A stretch of DNA of 64,000 nt from Azolla caroliniana (taxonomy: Eukaryota > Plantae > Polypodiophyta), in contig JBHGNT010000018.1 in the NCBI GenBank assembly GCA_043228905.1, forward strand, positions 14,694,001 through 14,758,000. Reading direction: 5' to 3'. Under the pieces are notes generated by a model. The model ran no database searches. It saw only the letters and a list, made by a program, of their open reading frames with translations, and was not told the origin of the DNA. The position numbers were made by a program, and so were the translations under genes. This document shows positions 41,458 through 55,267 of the stretch, one piece after another. Each line of letters begins with the position of its first letter. Positions within the stretch are counted from its first letter, which is position 1.

Positions 41458-42307
41458 AAACATCTTGATGAAGGAAGCTGACATCAACACAAAATATAAA
41501 ATGGTGGATAAGAAGATCATGCCAGTTGTGGTTCCACTAGCGGAAGATAGTTGGCAAAAGATGAAGGAAGTCGCTAACGATCCAAGCTTAAGAGATCCGA
41601 AGACAATAGGTCATGTCTTCACCGAAGAGACAAAGGGAAAGCTACGAGTTGGAAGGGAGGATTTCCTCCTCCCTGAAGAAGAGCGAATGTTTCGCGACAT
41701 GCTTGAGAGACATGGGAAGGCTTTCGCATTTTTCCCACAAGAAATCGGATGTGCTGATCCAAGGATGATAGAGTCGATGGTGATCTTCACGGTGCCACAC
41801 GTACCTTGGAATTTGAAACCGATACCGGTTCCGAGAGCACACCTACCGAAGTTGATCGAGATCTTAAATGAGAAGGTGAATATGGGAATTCTGGAACCAT
41901 CAAATGCTCCTTATTCTAATAGGTGGTTCACGGTGCCGAAGAAGAATGGATCATTGCGATTCATCCAAGATTTTCAACCCGTCAACAAGGTGACAATTCG
42001 GAATGTTGGAATTGGTCCGAGCGTGGACGAATTTGCCGAAGCGTTTACGGGGCGGTCCATCTACTCCATTGGCGATCTCTACTCTAGATATGACCAATTC
42101 CAGTTGGCGATCGACAACCGTGACATTACAACCATGAGGACTCCGATCGGGCTCGTGCAGATGCGTACCTTACCTCAAGGTGCAACGAACTTGGTGGCTC
42201 ATATGGTGAATGCCATGAACAAGGTCTTGAAGGATTGCATCCCGGACATCACGATGCTGTTCTTGGATGATATTCTGATAAAAGGATGTTCGGATAAGGA
42301 GAAAGAT

Positions 42308-45300
42308 TGTTGAGAGACAAGCTCAACATCGGCCGGATCGGCTGAAGAAGCCGAGGAACGGATCGGTTGGGACGGATCGGTTAGGCTGAGTGCGTAAACT
42401 GGGAGGCCGTTAGGAAAGATATTCCGTGAGGAATATATTTGGGAGTTAGTGTAGGAGCTCTTAATGAGTATTGAAGTACTGTCAATACTTCGGTCAGTCC
42501 TTCTAGGACTTGTATAAAAGTGTTCATTGAACACACATATGTATAGAGTGTGGTGAATAGAGATTGGGTCGTTTTTGTTGAATATAGTTTGTGTGTTTTT
42601 TTTCTCTCTCTCTCTCTCACTCTCTCTGTCTCTCCCGCGTATACTGCGTAAGCTCAAGCTCTCCATTGAACCTGAGTTTTCTTCCTCCTATTCGGTCTTC
42701 ACACTTGCTTCCACACGTTACTTTTTACATGGTATCAGAGCGCGAGGGTTGAGAACCTCTCTACAGCCGACACAGCTTGACGAAGAAGAACAAGAAGAAC
42801 GATGGATAGAGGCATGACGAGCTCGCTTCCAACAGAGAAGCTCGACAGAACCAACTACGCGTCTTGGTCCTACAAGATGCACCAGTACCTGCTCGGGCAC
42901 GGGTACTGGAGTTATGTCGAAGGAGCTAATGACGCGGCACCCGAATCGACACACAGAGACTTCCTGTGGTGGGAGCAATCGGCGAGCAGGGTATTATACT
43001 GCTTCGCGTCATGTGTGGGCGAACAACTATTGAGCTATGTTCGGGATGCAAAGACGCCGAAGGGTGCGTGGGAAAATCTGAAGAAGATTTTCGCCACGAG
43101 CACCACAACCAGGAAGCTTCAGCTCCGACAGGAGTTGAGCAACCTACGACAACACGACTTGTCGGTGGCGGACTATACCTCCATAGAGGTGAACATTGAG
43201 GAGAGCGAGATGGTCCAAATTTTTCTCGGAGGTTTGGCGTCGAAGTTCGGAGCGTTCCGAACGGCTATGTGTACCCGGGAGAATACGCCGTCCTTTTTCG
43301 ACTTACAGTCAATGCTCCTGGTAGAGGAGAACCACGCGGGCGCGTCTACAAGCACGCACACCAACAACAGAATGCTATACACGGAGGGAGATAGGCCCCG
43401 TGGAAGTGGAGGACGAGGCGAGTCGGCGCGCAATGGAGGCGGCCGATGAGATCAAGGAAGAAGGCACCGAAGTGATGCCGATAGCAACTCTGGACCCTCC
43501 GGAAACAGGGGGAGTCGAAGCGATGAGAACCGGCAAGGGAAGGTCATCACAGAGTGCTGGTACTGTGGCAAGAAAGGCCACAGGGAAAGTGAGTGCTGGA
43601 AGAAGCGCGCCGATTCGGAGAGAACCGGTTCCGGAAACGGCTCTGGACATACCGACAAGGGAAATCGGCAGCGATCGCACTACGCCAAAGACTCCGGGAG
43701 AGCCGGAGAAGGGTCTGCCTTCGTGACGAGACATGAAGCAAACTCAATGAAACAGACCACCCCGAGATCGGACGAGGTGTGGTACATAGACTCCGGTGCG
43801 TCAAACCACATGATGAGCCATAAGGAGTGGTTCTCGTACCTTGAAAAACCGATACAACCTGGAGTAGTCGCAACTGGAGACGACACTCCGCATCCGATCG
43901 CGAATGTTGGAGAAGTTCCCCTTAGCCATGTCGGGCAGAAAGGGAAACTCATGAACGTGCTACACGTTCCGACAATCACGAAGAACTTGGTCTCGGTCGG
44001 ACACATCGTCGACCAAGGGATGGAGGTTCGGTTTACACACCTCGGGTGCTTCATTGAGGAAGAAGGCCATGTGATTGCGCAAGGGCGCAGAGACGGGAGG
44101 ATGTTCATCCTCGACTCCACTGACGGCGGCACCGCAATGTTCGTGAAGGGACAAGAATCCGAGTCGGACATCGACTTGTGGCACAAGCGGATAGGCCACG
44201 TCAACTACCAGCGGCTTCAAGATCTGCAAACGAAACAGGTAGTGTTTGGATTTCCCAAATTTAGTGGCCGGAAGGCACAAATTTGTGAAGCTTGCCAGCT
44301 CGGGAAGCAACACCGACTTCCCTTCCCCAACGAGCGAAACCGGAGCCAGAACAAGCTCAACCTTATACACTCCGATGTATGGGGGCCGACACAAAACGTT
44401 AGTCTTGGCGGGAGCCGATATTTCGTCTCCTTCATCGACGACCACACGCGGCACACATGGATCTACCTCATTGAGAGGAAGAGCGAAGTCTTCGACTGTT
44501 TCCGGGACCTCAAAGGGTTTGTGGAATCGGAAACGGGACGAAAGATCAAGTGCCTGCGGTCGGATGGCGGGAAAGAGTACTTTTCCGGTCAATTCAATAG
44601 TTACCTACAACAAATGGGAATTCACCGTGAATTTAGTTGTAGATACACGCCGAAACAGAACGGCGTGGCCGAGAGGAAGAATCGGTCAGTTGTGGAAGCG
44701 GCATGGGCAATGCTGGAGGAGAAGAGCTTGCCCAAGTTCTACTGGGCCGAGGCGGTAAGGACCGCGGTATACATCCAGAACCGGATCGGAGACAAAGTGT
44801 TGGCGCACGAGCTATATTTCGGAACGAAGCCGAACTTGCAACACTTGAGGGTGTTCGGTAGCATTGCGTATGTGCATGTACCGAAGGAGAAAAGGAGGAA
44901 GCTGGACGCAAAGGCCGAGAAATGCATCTTGGTCGGTTACTCGGATGAGCAGAAGGGTTATAAGTGCTATAACCCTCGCACCAAACAAGCGCATGTTAGC
45001 CGCGACGTTGAGTTTGACGAGTCCGCGTCCTGGTACCAGGCCCCGACTACGATCCTCGACTCCAATCCGAGCTCTGACGATGAGGTCAGCGAGGCTGAGA
45101 TGCCTCCGGATGAGCCCGAAATCGAGACCCGCGAAGAGAGTCCGATTTCACTCCGGTTAAGTGGACCAATTGGACGACTGAGTCGGTACGACCAGTCCGA
45201 TGAAGAGCCGGCAAGTAGTTGAGACTCGGCCGTGCATTCCCCGCGCAGGAAGTCGAGGAGACGGCTTACGCGCAAAGAGAAAGGGAAGAAGGTGTCGGAT

Positions 45301-48012
45301 TCCGGCACGGATAGGAACGAGTTAGACCGACGCGAGTCCGACTCCGAGGGAACCGGTGACGGGTCTTTAAAGATGAAGACCGCGTCGACCGAGAAGGCCT
45401 CAACATCGGCTAATGCTAGATTACGCCGATCTACCCGCCAGAAGAATCCTGTTTTGTGGTTCGGATACAACGAGTACATGGAGCATCATTATGCGTACAT
45501 GACCCGTGTAGCGGAAGTGCGTGAGCCGGAGAGCTACGCAGAAGCGGCTAAAGACGCGAATTGGCGTGCCGCGATGGAGGAAGAGATGCACACATTGGCA
45601 GAGAACGAGACCTGGGACCTGGTTGACGCACCAACAGGGGTAAAACCGATCGGGTGTAGGTGGGTGTACAAGGTCAAGTACAACACCGATGGCTCGATCA
45701 ACCGGTACAAGGCTCGGCTAGTGGCAAAGGGCTACGCGCAGAAACACGGCATCGACTACGATGAGACATTTGCGCCGGTCGCGAAAATGATGACCGTCCG
45801 TGTTTTGCTCGCAGTAGCCGCGGCCAAGGGGTGGCACCTACATCAAATGGATGTAAAGAATGCGTTCCTGCAAGGTGACCTTGAGGAACAGGTGTACATG
45901 GTACAACCCCCCGGATTTCACTCTGGAACAAACTCCTCGGTAGTATGCCGACTGAAGAAGTCCCTTTACGGACTAAAGCAAGCCCCGCGTGCCTAGAACG
46001 CGAAGATCACGCAACAACTGCATCGGATGGGCTTCGTCACGTCAAAATCGGACTCTTCCGTGTTCATCCAGAAAGGTCTACTCGGACTGGTTAGTATTTT
46101 ACTATATGTTGATGACTTGGTCATCACCGGTGCCGACCTAGGTGAAATCGACCGCGTGAAGCTCCAGCTTGCGGCATCGTTCGACATGAAGGATCTGGGA
46201 GACCTTCATTACTTCGTCGGGATCGAAGTGATCCGTACCCCCGAAGGCATATTGATCAGCCAACGTCATTACGTGTTGAGTATGCTCTTCAAATTCGGGA
46301 TGGCCGACTGTAAGTCCGTCTCGACTCCTCTGGACAGAACCGTCAAGCTTCGTCCCGATATGGGAAAGGTATGCGACCCGACAAGGTTCCGACAAATTGT
46401 CGGCAACCTCATATACTTGACCATCACCCGACCCGACCTCAGTTATCCGGTCGGAGTGATCAGTCAATTCATGGCGCGACCTACCGAGGAGCACCTTCAG
46501 TGTGCGCAACGCATACTTCGGTATGTCAACGACACTAAGGACTGGGGACTGCTATATCGGACCGGTGCAACCGCGCAGTTAGTCGGCTACACCGATGCTG
46601 ATTGGGCTGGCAACGCCGCCGATCGCCGATCCACGTCCGGATACGCGTTCTCCCTCGGGAGTGCCGCGATCGCGTGGAGCAGTAAGAAGTAGCTGACAGT
46701 TGCACTGTCGAGCACCGAAGTTGAGTACCGAGGAGCGGCTGTCGCGACATGCGAAGCCATATGGTTGAAGCGGCTACTTAAGGACCTGCAAGAGGAGGTG
46801 TCAGATCCGACGATGATCTATTGCGACAACCTCAGCAGCATCCAGCTCGCGAAAAACCCCGTTTTCCACGCACGGACCAAGCACATTGAGGTGCATTACC
46901 ATTTCGTCCGTGAGTGTGTCCTTTCCGGTGAAGTCGAACTTCAGTACGTTCCGACGGATCGGGAGACTGCCGACATCTTCACCAAGCCTCTTGGTCTGGA
47001 CAAGTTGCAGCAATTCTCAGGTGCACTCGGATTGCATCACCTCGACGTGCCAAACTTGAGGGGGAGAACAGTCCCGAACGACCAAGCAAGGCAGCAGGAA
47101 AGGAGCGGAGACCCGACACCGAGTCGGTTGACTCGGTTGTCAAGTTGGACTTCGGATCGGATGAAGAAGCCGAGGGCGGACCCACGGAAAAGTTCGGAAG
47201 TGGACAGAAGGGAAGCAACCGAAGGAGAGAGCCGAAGCCAACCACGCATGGGGAAGATGACGCCACCGAGGGCGAGAAGAACGAAGACGAGTTGGAGACA
47301 GCCAACTCGGACGAGAGCGAAGACCGATCGGAGGTAGCCGAGCCGGTTCAGATGATTCAGATACGCTGAATCAACTGAGGCCCAAGCGGAAGAAAAGGCA
47401 GCAGGAGAAGCGTCAACACCGCAACAACAGAAGAGCTAATAAGGGTCACATGAGCAGACAAGCCGACCGGAAGGGTCGAAGTGCGCGGAGTCAAACAAGC
47501 CGTGGAGCGCGAGCGAGGCGTGAAGCCAGGAGGAACCGGAGCTGTGAGCCCGAAGATCCCGAAGAGCCTCAAGTTGAGTTTGAGGGGGAGTGTTGAGAGA
47601 CAAGCTCAACATCGGCTGGATCGGCTGAAGAAGCCGAGGATCAGATCGGTTGGGACCGATTGGTTAGGCCGAGTGCGTAAACCGGGAGGCCGTTAGGAAA
47701 GATATTCCGTGAGGAATATATTTGGGAGTTAGTGTAGGAGCTCTTAATGAGTATTGAAGTACTGTCAGTACTTCGGTCAGTCCTTCTAGGACTTGTATAA
47801 AAGTGTTCATTGAACACACATATGTATAGAGTGTGGTGAATAGAGATTGGGTCGTTTTTGTTGAATATAGTTTGTGTGTTTTCTCTCTCTCTCTCTCTCA
47901 CACTCTCTCTGTCTCTCCCGCGTATACTGCGTAAGCTCAAGCTCTTCATTGAACTTGAGTTTTCTTCCTCCTGTTCGGTCTTCACACTTGCTTCCGCACG
48001 TTACTTTTTACA
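42308..48012 (+). mobile_element. Full-length Ty1/copia element B3 nested in the C1 RT
   Basis: 422-bp LTRs at 42308-42729 and 47591-48012; TSD AAGAT (42303-42307 / 48013-48017); Met-i PBS at 42730-42741; PPT at 47580-47590. Confidence 0.97.
42802..47337 (+). pseudogene. B3 gag-pol in one frame with four premature stops
   Basis: ORFs at 42802, 43723, 45232, 46027 and 46765 share a frame. Motifs CWYCGKKGHRESEC, WYIDSGAS, WHKRIGH, LLYVDDL, CDNLSSIQLAKNP. Stops end at 43449, 45222, 45996 and 46692. Confidence 0.95.
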
Positions 48013-49467
48013 AAGATGAATCGAAAGATGAGGAATGGTGTACAAAGTTCGTCGCAGATCATATGAAAGATTGTGAGAAGGTGCTCCAAAGGCTCGAAGA
48101 TGCGAATTTGACATTTTCGGGAGAGAAATATGCATTCAGGCAACCAGAGATCTTGGTGGTAGGTCACTTATGCAGAGCATACGGCCGGAAGCCTTTGCCA
48201 TCCAAGGTGAATTTGATCCAGGATATGAAAGAAGAATGTGTAAACCAAATGGAGGTTCAAAGGTTTCTTGGAGCATGCACATTTTTTCATATCTGGATTC
48301 CGCACTACGCTCATGTCGCCGAGCCTTTATATGGATTGCTAAATAAAAGAATGAAGTTTGAATGGCGAGACGAGCACACAAACGTAATGCGAAGATTGAA
48401 GAAACTACTTCTTGAAGCTCTAGCACTAAAAAAGGCTGACTATACCGAAGGGAAGCCGATTTATGTGACTATAGATACGATCCCAACCGGAATCGGGTGG
48501 GTCATCAACCAAGAAGGAGAAGATAATGCGCGGTATGCCATTCGGTTCGGAGCAAAGGTTCTCAGCTAACGACAACAAAGATACGCCCAAGTCAAGCGAG
48601 AACTTTGGGGTATTGTGTCGGAAGTGAAGACGGACAAAGACTACCTGGTCAGGTCGGAAGTAATAATTGAGACATATTGTCTCCCAATCCTCGGGATTAT
48701 CTCAGGATGTGCGAGACCAGATCTATCTATGCTAAGGTGGATCGCCTATATCAAGTCTTTAAACCCAGAGATCCACCATATTGCAGGGAAGAAGAATGTC
48801 ATGGCTGACATGCTGTCAAGGGCAAGATTTCATAATGAAAGTGACATGGTTTCGGAATATGAAGATGTCACCCTCGACTTCTTCAAGATGGCTCGACTAT
48901 CGGCGGAAGAAAAGGACACGCTAACCCTCCACACCTTCAACGAGGACGAGTACGAAGGAGAGTGGTTACTGATCGACCGATTCCTAAAAACAATGACGGC
49001 GGATGCTTCGTTGACAAAGGAGGAGGCCCTACGAATCCGGAAGAAATCTTACCAATACTTCTTGGAGGATTCCTTTGGTGACACCCAAAAAGAAGGACAA
49101 GAATACCACGTCGAGTGGTGGTGAAGAAAGAAGATCAAGTGACGCTAATGACCGAATTCCACGAGAGTGCCTGGGCAGGTCATAGAGGAACATGGGCGAC
49201 GTTCAAGAAGTTGAACGAGAAGTACTGGTGGCCAATCATGTACAAAGATGTACTCCATTTCGTGTCCACATGCAAAACATGCCAAGTACATTCGAATATA
49301 CTTCATTGTGATGAGCTACAACTGACATACCCGCTCACCATACACTTCAAATGGATGGTGGATCTAGTCTCAATGCCAATGGGAGTGGGACAAATGAAGT
49401 ACTTAGCTCTGGCAGGAGAAGACTTGACAAATCAAGTGGATGGAAGGGCCTTGAAAAATAAGACGAC

Positions 49468-49838
49468 TGTTGGCCGGTCAGAGAAGGCAAATGGGAAAGC
49501 AAGGTCGGATCGGATAAATATAGAAATAGGAATAGAATTATTAGGAGGGACGGATCCGGTAGTTGTAACCGATCCGGATCCGAACCGATCCGGTTTCGGT
49601 TAACGGTTGCCTACCGAGCACCGATTGTAATCTGGCCGGATGCCTATAAAAGGATCCGATGTTTTGTAATGAAGGCGCGAAGAATTAATATAGTTTTGCT
49701 TATACTGATTAATCTTGTCTTCGTCTGTGCTTAAGTGTAATTATCATACGCGTGTATTAACATTCTATCCCTACCACCCCTTTGGAGAAGTGTCGGATAG
49801 ACACCTGTGTTGAGGCTAGTCCAGCCATACATACAACA
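49468..49838 (+). mobile_element. Unrelated LTR (solo or truncated element) inside the C1 integrase
   Basis: TGTTGG...TACAACA with TATAAAA near 49645; interrupts KNKTT|SAVCKF. Followed by TTTTGGCG (possible PBS remnant); no clean TSD. Confidence 0.6.
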
Positions 49839-52192
49839 CTATTTTGGCGTCGGCTGTTTGCAAATTTCTACTCGAAGAGGTTGTCTGCTGATATGGATGT
49901 GTGGGAAAGATAGTCGCCGACCGAGGGGAGTTGGATGCACACGAAGCAACGGAGCTTTTCGAACGACTAGGCATGAAGCTCTCCCTCACGACTACCTACA
50001 ATCCAGAAGCGAATGGGAAGATCGAGCGAGGGCATGGACCTATCGTCAAAGCCATCGTATGAGCATGCAACGGTCGGGTCAGGAATTGGCCACGACTATT
50101 GCCCTATGCCTTGTGGGCTGATAGAACAACACACAGCTCGGTGACAGGGTATATGCCAACGGAGCTTATGTATGGACAAAAGCCAGTAATGCCCATCGAA
50201 AGGACGATTGCCTCATGGGTAGCGATACCATGGGAGAACGAGATGAGCTGAGAAGAGTTATTAGCGGCACGGATAAGGCAACTTGAATGAAAACCTGAAG
50301 ATCTAGAAAAAGCACGAAAGATGATGGAGGCACCCCGAGTGAAGACAAAATTCGATTCGACAAGACGCACCGACTATGTCCCAAGAAGATCGAAGAAGGA
50401 GATTGGGTATTGGTCTACGACAACAGCCTTGACAATAAACACAATACAACAAGAAAGTTCGCAAGAAGATGGTTCAGACCGTATGTGGTGACAAGTGCCA
50501 ACGATAATGCCACATACCACCTTGTAGAGATAGACGGATCAAAGTTGGTCGTACCCATTGCGGGGAAAAGAGTAAAGATTTTCAAGAAAAGAAAAGACAA
50601 GAATCCTGACCTCGATCACCTCGACGATGAAGATAATAGGGTAGATGTGGATGAAGACATGGAGGAATCTAATTGATCACCGTAGTCGAAATCCCACACT
50701 CTCTCATTTTGGCACGTATCGGCGGACGTGCGGTTTGGTGGGGGTGGATGTCGTGAAGATTTTCGGCAACATTGTGAAAATTGCATGGGACGTACAAAAT
50801 CGAGTGTGGTTCTTTTCACACAATATAAAACAATAATAATGTAAATAAGTTTAATATCTTGGCACAAAAAGATGGAGATCTTGAAAAGCTTTTAAATGCA
50901 CTTTGTTACATAACAAACGGACATCTAAAGTTATGTGGCTATAAAGTTTGCAAAGAAGAAGAGAAAAATAAAACAATGTGATATCCCACATAGACAGGAC
51001 AAATATTGATCCCACTATATATAAAACAGAGCAAAAGCTATTATCTTTGTGTTTATGCGTGGAGTATAGAAAGGTTAAGTTGTATGACTTAATTAATGGA
51101 TGTAGGTAAATGCATATAACTATGTGTTTGGACGGATCCGGCACCGGCGACCGACGGATTCAGTGACAGATCCGGCCGGGATGCGGACCGAACCAGGCCA
51201 AACCAAATGGATACAAATCAGACGGATCACAATGCATGGTGTTTTAAAGATATTTGGTCCAAAAGCCTATTAGTATTTTGTGATTTAAAAGGGATATAAG
51301 CAAGACTTGAACCTTGCACCTCCAAGATAAGAGGCAATAGACTTACCACTAGACTATATCATTCCCTTAAATAAGTTTTTCCTATCATTATAGTTTTACA
51401 TGGAAATTCTCATATTAGAGCTTGATTGAGTGACATGTGATGCATTAGCGCCAAATGGCAAACATGCATCACATACATTCCATGCATTGTATGCATGTCT
51501 TGTACCCTCACATGCATCATATGCATGGGAGCATCTATAAAAGGGTTGATGAAAAAGATCAAAAGGGAGCGATGTATTAATCAAGAAATTAAAAGTAAGA
51601 AATTCGTTATCCAATTGATGTATCAATCTTGTTCTTCAAATCTAAAGTCAAGAGTTCAATCTTAATATCTCTCAATCTAAAGTCAAGCATTCTATCTTAT
51701 CTCAATCTCTCTCTCAATCAATCTTAAATCCTTTCTTGCTAAAGCTAGTGCAAACTTCGAATCCTTCCGGTCTAGGACCCCGGTGGTTCCGCCTCACGAT
51801 CCGCACCTAGTGACGGATCTTCAAGACAACGTGAAGGAGAAAAATATATTGTTAAAATTTGTATAGGCATTAAGATTTTTTTTTGGAATGCTCAAGGTCT
51901 TGGGGGATCCTTATGTAATTAATATTAACCAACACACTTTTATTCCAACTTTATTATTGAATCAAGTTGGAATATTGGCATCATCAAGTTTGTTTTGGGA
52001 ATGCCCTTACCATATTGGGACCATTATCAACCTCTGGTGACCACAACAATAAGTTTTTGGAAACCAGTTCTCCTCTTACCTGCAAGATGCACCACCATTC
52101 CACGTGCTTTAAACCACCTAGTCAGCTTTTCATAGTTGCTTGGCTACCTCGCCGCCACTTTATATTAACTTGACAATTGTGGAGTATGAAGC

Positions 52193-53021
52193 TGTTGGGA
52201 ATTTGGTCCCTCCGGATGAGAACCGGACGAGCCGGATGAAGGAACCCGATCCGGAAGGGTTCCGGATGAGACTCGGAAACCGGATCGAGTGAATTCGGAT
52301 GGATCCGGTGCAAACTGGATCCAAGGACATATGTGTAGATATGTTTCATAGTGAGCCCATTGAGGCTATATTTGTAAATAGCCCAAATTTCATATAAGTA
52401 TAAATATGACTTAGGGCAATCACTTTATAGAGTGAGTGATGTGGTTATTGTGACTTGTTGTAGAGTTTTTGTATGCAGTGAATGAGATATATATATATAT
52501 ATACAGAACTAGTTTTCTGTTTGTTACCGCCATTGGCGAAGACATAAAGCTCGAGGTCGTTGCCTCTGAGGCTCACTTTGTATTCCTCCTCTCATAGTGA
52601 TAGTTGGAGTCCGTGGGCTCCCGTGGTTTTTCCCATTTAGGGTTTCCCACGTAAACATCCTATGTCATCTCGGTTTCAGTTTGTTCTCTTCTATTCCTTG
52701 TTGAAGACTTGGTTGTGGCCGAGTGTTATTTCCTCACAAACTAGTATCAGAGTGAACAAAGGAAATGGAAGAATCATTCGGCGGCATGTTCAAGCTCACC
52801 GGCTCCAACTACCCAATGTGGAAGTCGAAGATGAGGGACATGCTTGTGGTCACAAATCTCTGGCTGCCGGTATAGTTCGGGGACAAGAAACCGGACAAGA
52901 TCGATGCTACGACATGGGAGGTGATGCACATGAAGAAACGACGTACATCCGGTGCTTCATCGCCATGAGCCTCTATAATAACTTCAATGAAGAAAGTAAA
53001 GCTCATGTGCTCTGGGAGAAA
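52193..53021 (+). mobile_element. Copia A1, 5' end (LTR 52193-52738, mutated Met-i PBS, gag start)
   Basis: TGTTGGG...CCTCACA, then TAGTATCAGAG, then MEESFGGMFKLTGSNY...AHVLWEK. Confidence 0.92.
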
Positions 53022-55267
53022 TGTTAGGAAACGGGTCCCTCCGGATGGTAAGAGAAGAGCTGAGCTTAGTTGTTGTAAAAAGGTTACTTAGAAGGTCGTT
53101 GCCTTAGTAATTATGTAACAGTAAGTGAGTGAGAGTGAGCGTGTGTGTAACTCTGTAGCCGTCTGTTGACGAAGTAGAATCTCGAGGTCGTTGCCTTGGA
53201 GCTTCTAGTTGTACTCGTCTTTTGCATAGTGATTCTGTTTCTCGGGGTTTGTGAACCCCCGTGGTTTTTCCCATTTCGGGTTTCCACGTTAAAATCATGT
53301 GTTTCTGTCTCTTGTGCTATTTCTATTTTCGTACTCTGTCTGAGCACATTCTATTTTACCTTTCCTGCACCCGAACATCCGAACGAGCAACCGGTTGTGG
53401 CTGATCAAGATTCTCGACAAAGTGGTATTAGAGTGAACAACATAGGAAATGGAAGAATCGTTCGGCGGCATGTTCAAGCTCACAGGCTCCAACTACTCAG
53501 TGTGGAAGTCGAAGATGAGGGATATGCGGGTGGTTAAAGATCTTTGGTTGCCGGTCAAGTTCGGGGACAAGAGACCAGATAAGATCGACGCCACAATGTG
53601 GGAGGTGATGCACATGAAGACGACGGGATACATCCGGTGCTTCATCGACATGAGCCTGTACAACAATTTCAATGAAGAAAGTAAGGCTTATGAACTCTAG
53701 GAGAAGATTGGCATCATGTTCCAAAACAAGAATGTTGTTAATCGGGTTTCAATATTCCAGAAGCTAGTGAGGCTCCAGTACCAAGACGGCTCTAGTATGG
53801 TAGAGCACATGAATGCCTTTCAGGAACTGATAAACCAGGCAACCTCGTTGGAAGTACCTCTCGCCGATGAGGTACTCGCATTACTCCTGCTCAGTTCCCT
53901 CCCGGATAGTTGGGAGACGCTAGTTGTCACGTTGGGCAACGCCGGGCCAGAAGGAAAACAGTTGTCCCTAGCCGGGCCTTGGTTACGGAAGATGACCACA
54001 ACCAGGGAAAATGCTGGTATCGGAGTCCCCAAAACCGGGACAAATCAAGGACGAGGTCAAAGTCGAGAGGAAGGCCCTCTTGCTTCTATTGCGGGAAGCC
54101 GGGGCACTTTCAAAAGAATTGCCAACATTTCCGAAAGCAAAAAGGGGGAGCCGATGGTGTGCAACCGAAAAAAAAATCGGAAAGCACGAACACCTCAGCG
54201 ATTGCAACAAGTGAGGAGGAGTTGCTGCTCATTAGCAAGCAGAACAAAGTGAACCTTGTCGGTGATGAATCAACATGGGTGGTCGATTCGGGTGCATCAT
54301 TTCACCTAACCCCTGACCGGAAATGCTTCTCATCGTACAAGGCCGATGATCTCGGATCCGTAAAGATGGGAAATGAAGAAGCATGCCGAATCGTCAGCAT
54401 TGGGACGTGTGCTTGGTGACCTCAACTGGCTGCAGACTCGTGTTGAGAGATGGTCGACATGTTCTAGAGGTTCGATTGAACCTGATATCAGCCGGTCGGC
54501 TGGATGATGAAGGCTACATGGGTAGCATCTAGAATGGTGTCATGACGTTGTCGAGGTATTCCTCGCGGATGCGTGGAATGAGGCGGGACCTCGGGGGTCT
54601 TGTACCGAAGAGCAATAGAGAAAGGAGAGGGAAAGGACCCACTACGTGCGAGCGTTGATCCACAGGGACACGGCCCTTCGACACGAAGACACGAGCGGGG
54701 AAACAAACACAGAGAGACACGAAGGTATGTATGTATATATTAACAGAGACAAACAACAAGAAGCACGAAGTCGGTTACAACCGAACAAGCCGGCGAACAG
54801 ATGCCGATGCCTGTTTGCAAACGCTCAGAAAGAAAGGAGTAGGTTGGAGGTGCTGCCGGAAGCACTCGGGCGTTCCTCAGAGCAGCGCGAGCCTCCCGCA
54901 ACCTGCATAGAAAGAAGCTACGGAGAGTATGGAAGAGAGAAGTCTTCGACCGACAACCCGACAGCACTTCGTCCTCTCTGATTCCGCAATTTTTTCCCTC
55001 CTCCTCGTCTCCCTCCTTTTATAGGCAAGAAGGGAGAAGTTTCCTATTAACTTCCTACCTACCGAATCTACCTACCTAGGATCTTCCATGTCCCTAATTC
55101 TCTCTTATGTACAACATAAGGTGTACGTGCATGAAGAGCCGGTTCCTATGCTCCGGTGCACCGATTCCGCTCGTGGACGGTTTTCTTCACGACATCCGCC
55201 CCCACCTAACTGCGCATCCACCGGCATGCGCCAAATTGAGCTGGGACGGAGAAAACCGATCCAGCCT

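Larger units (their letters stand above)
41458..51828 (+). mobile_element. 5'-truncated degenerate Ty3/gypsy element C1 (RT-RNase H-IN, 3' LTR 50749-51828) carrying nested insertions
   Basis: YSNRWFTVPKKNGSLRFIQD, LFLDD, GHRGTWATF, YNPEANGK; PPT at 50737-50748; LTR TGTCGTGAAGAT...ATCTTCAAGACA with a 12-bp terminal inverted repeat. Confidence 0.9.

Noticed and set aside
41450-41465. Copia-B/Ty3 junction as the inversion breakpoint
   Set aside because: The reciprocal joins map to 41264/41265 and 63853-63929; this junction is better explained by a separate deletion of both elements' 5' ends.
49837-49850. CACTA as a CACTA transposon terminus
   Set aside because: No matching TAGTG end or 3-bp TSD; it overlaps the LTR's terminal CA.
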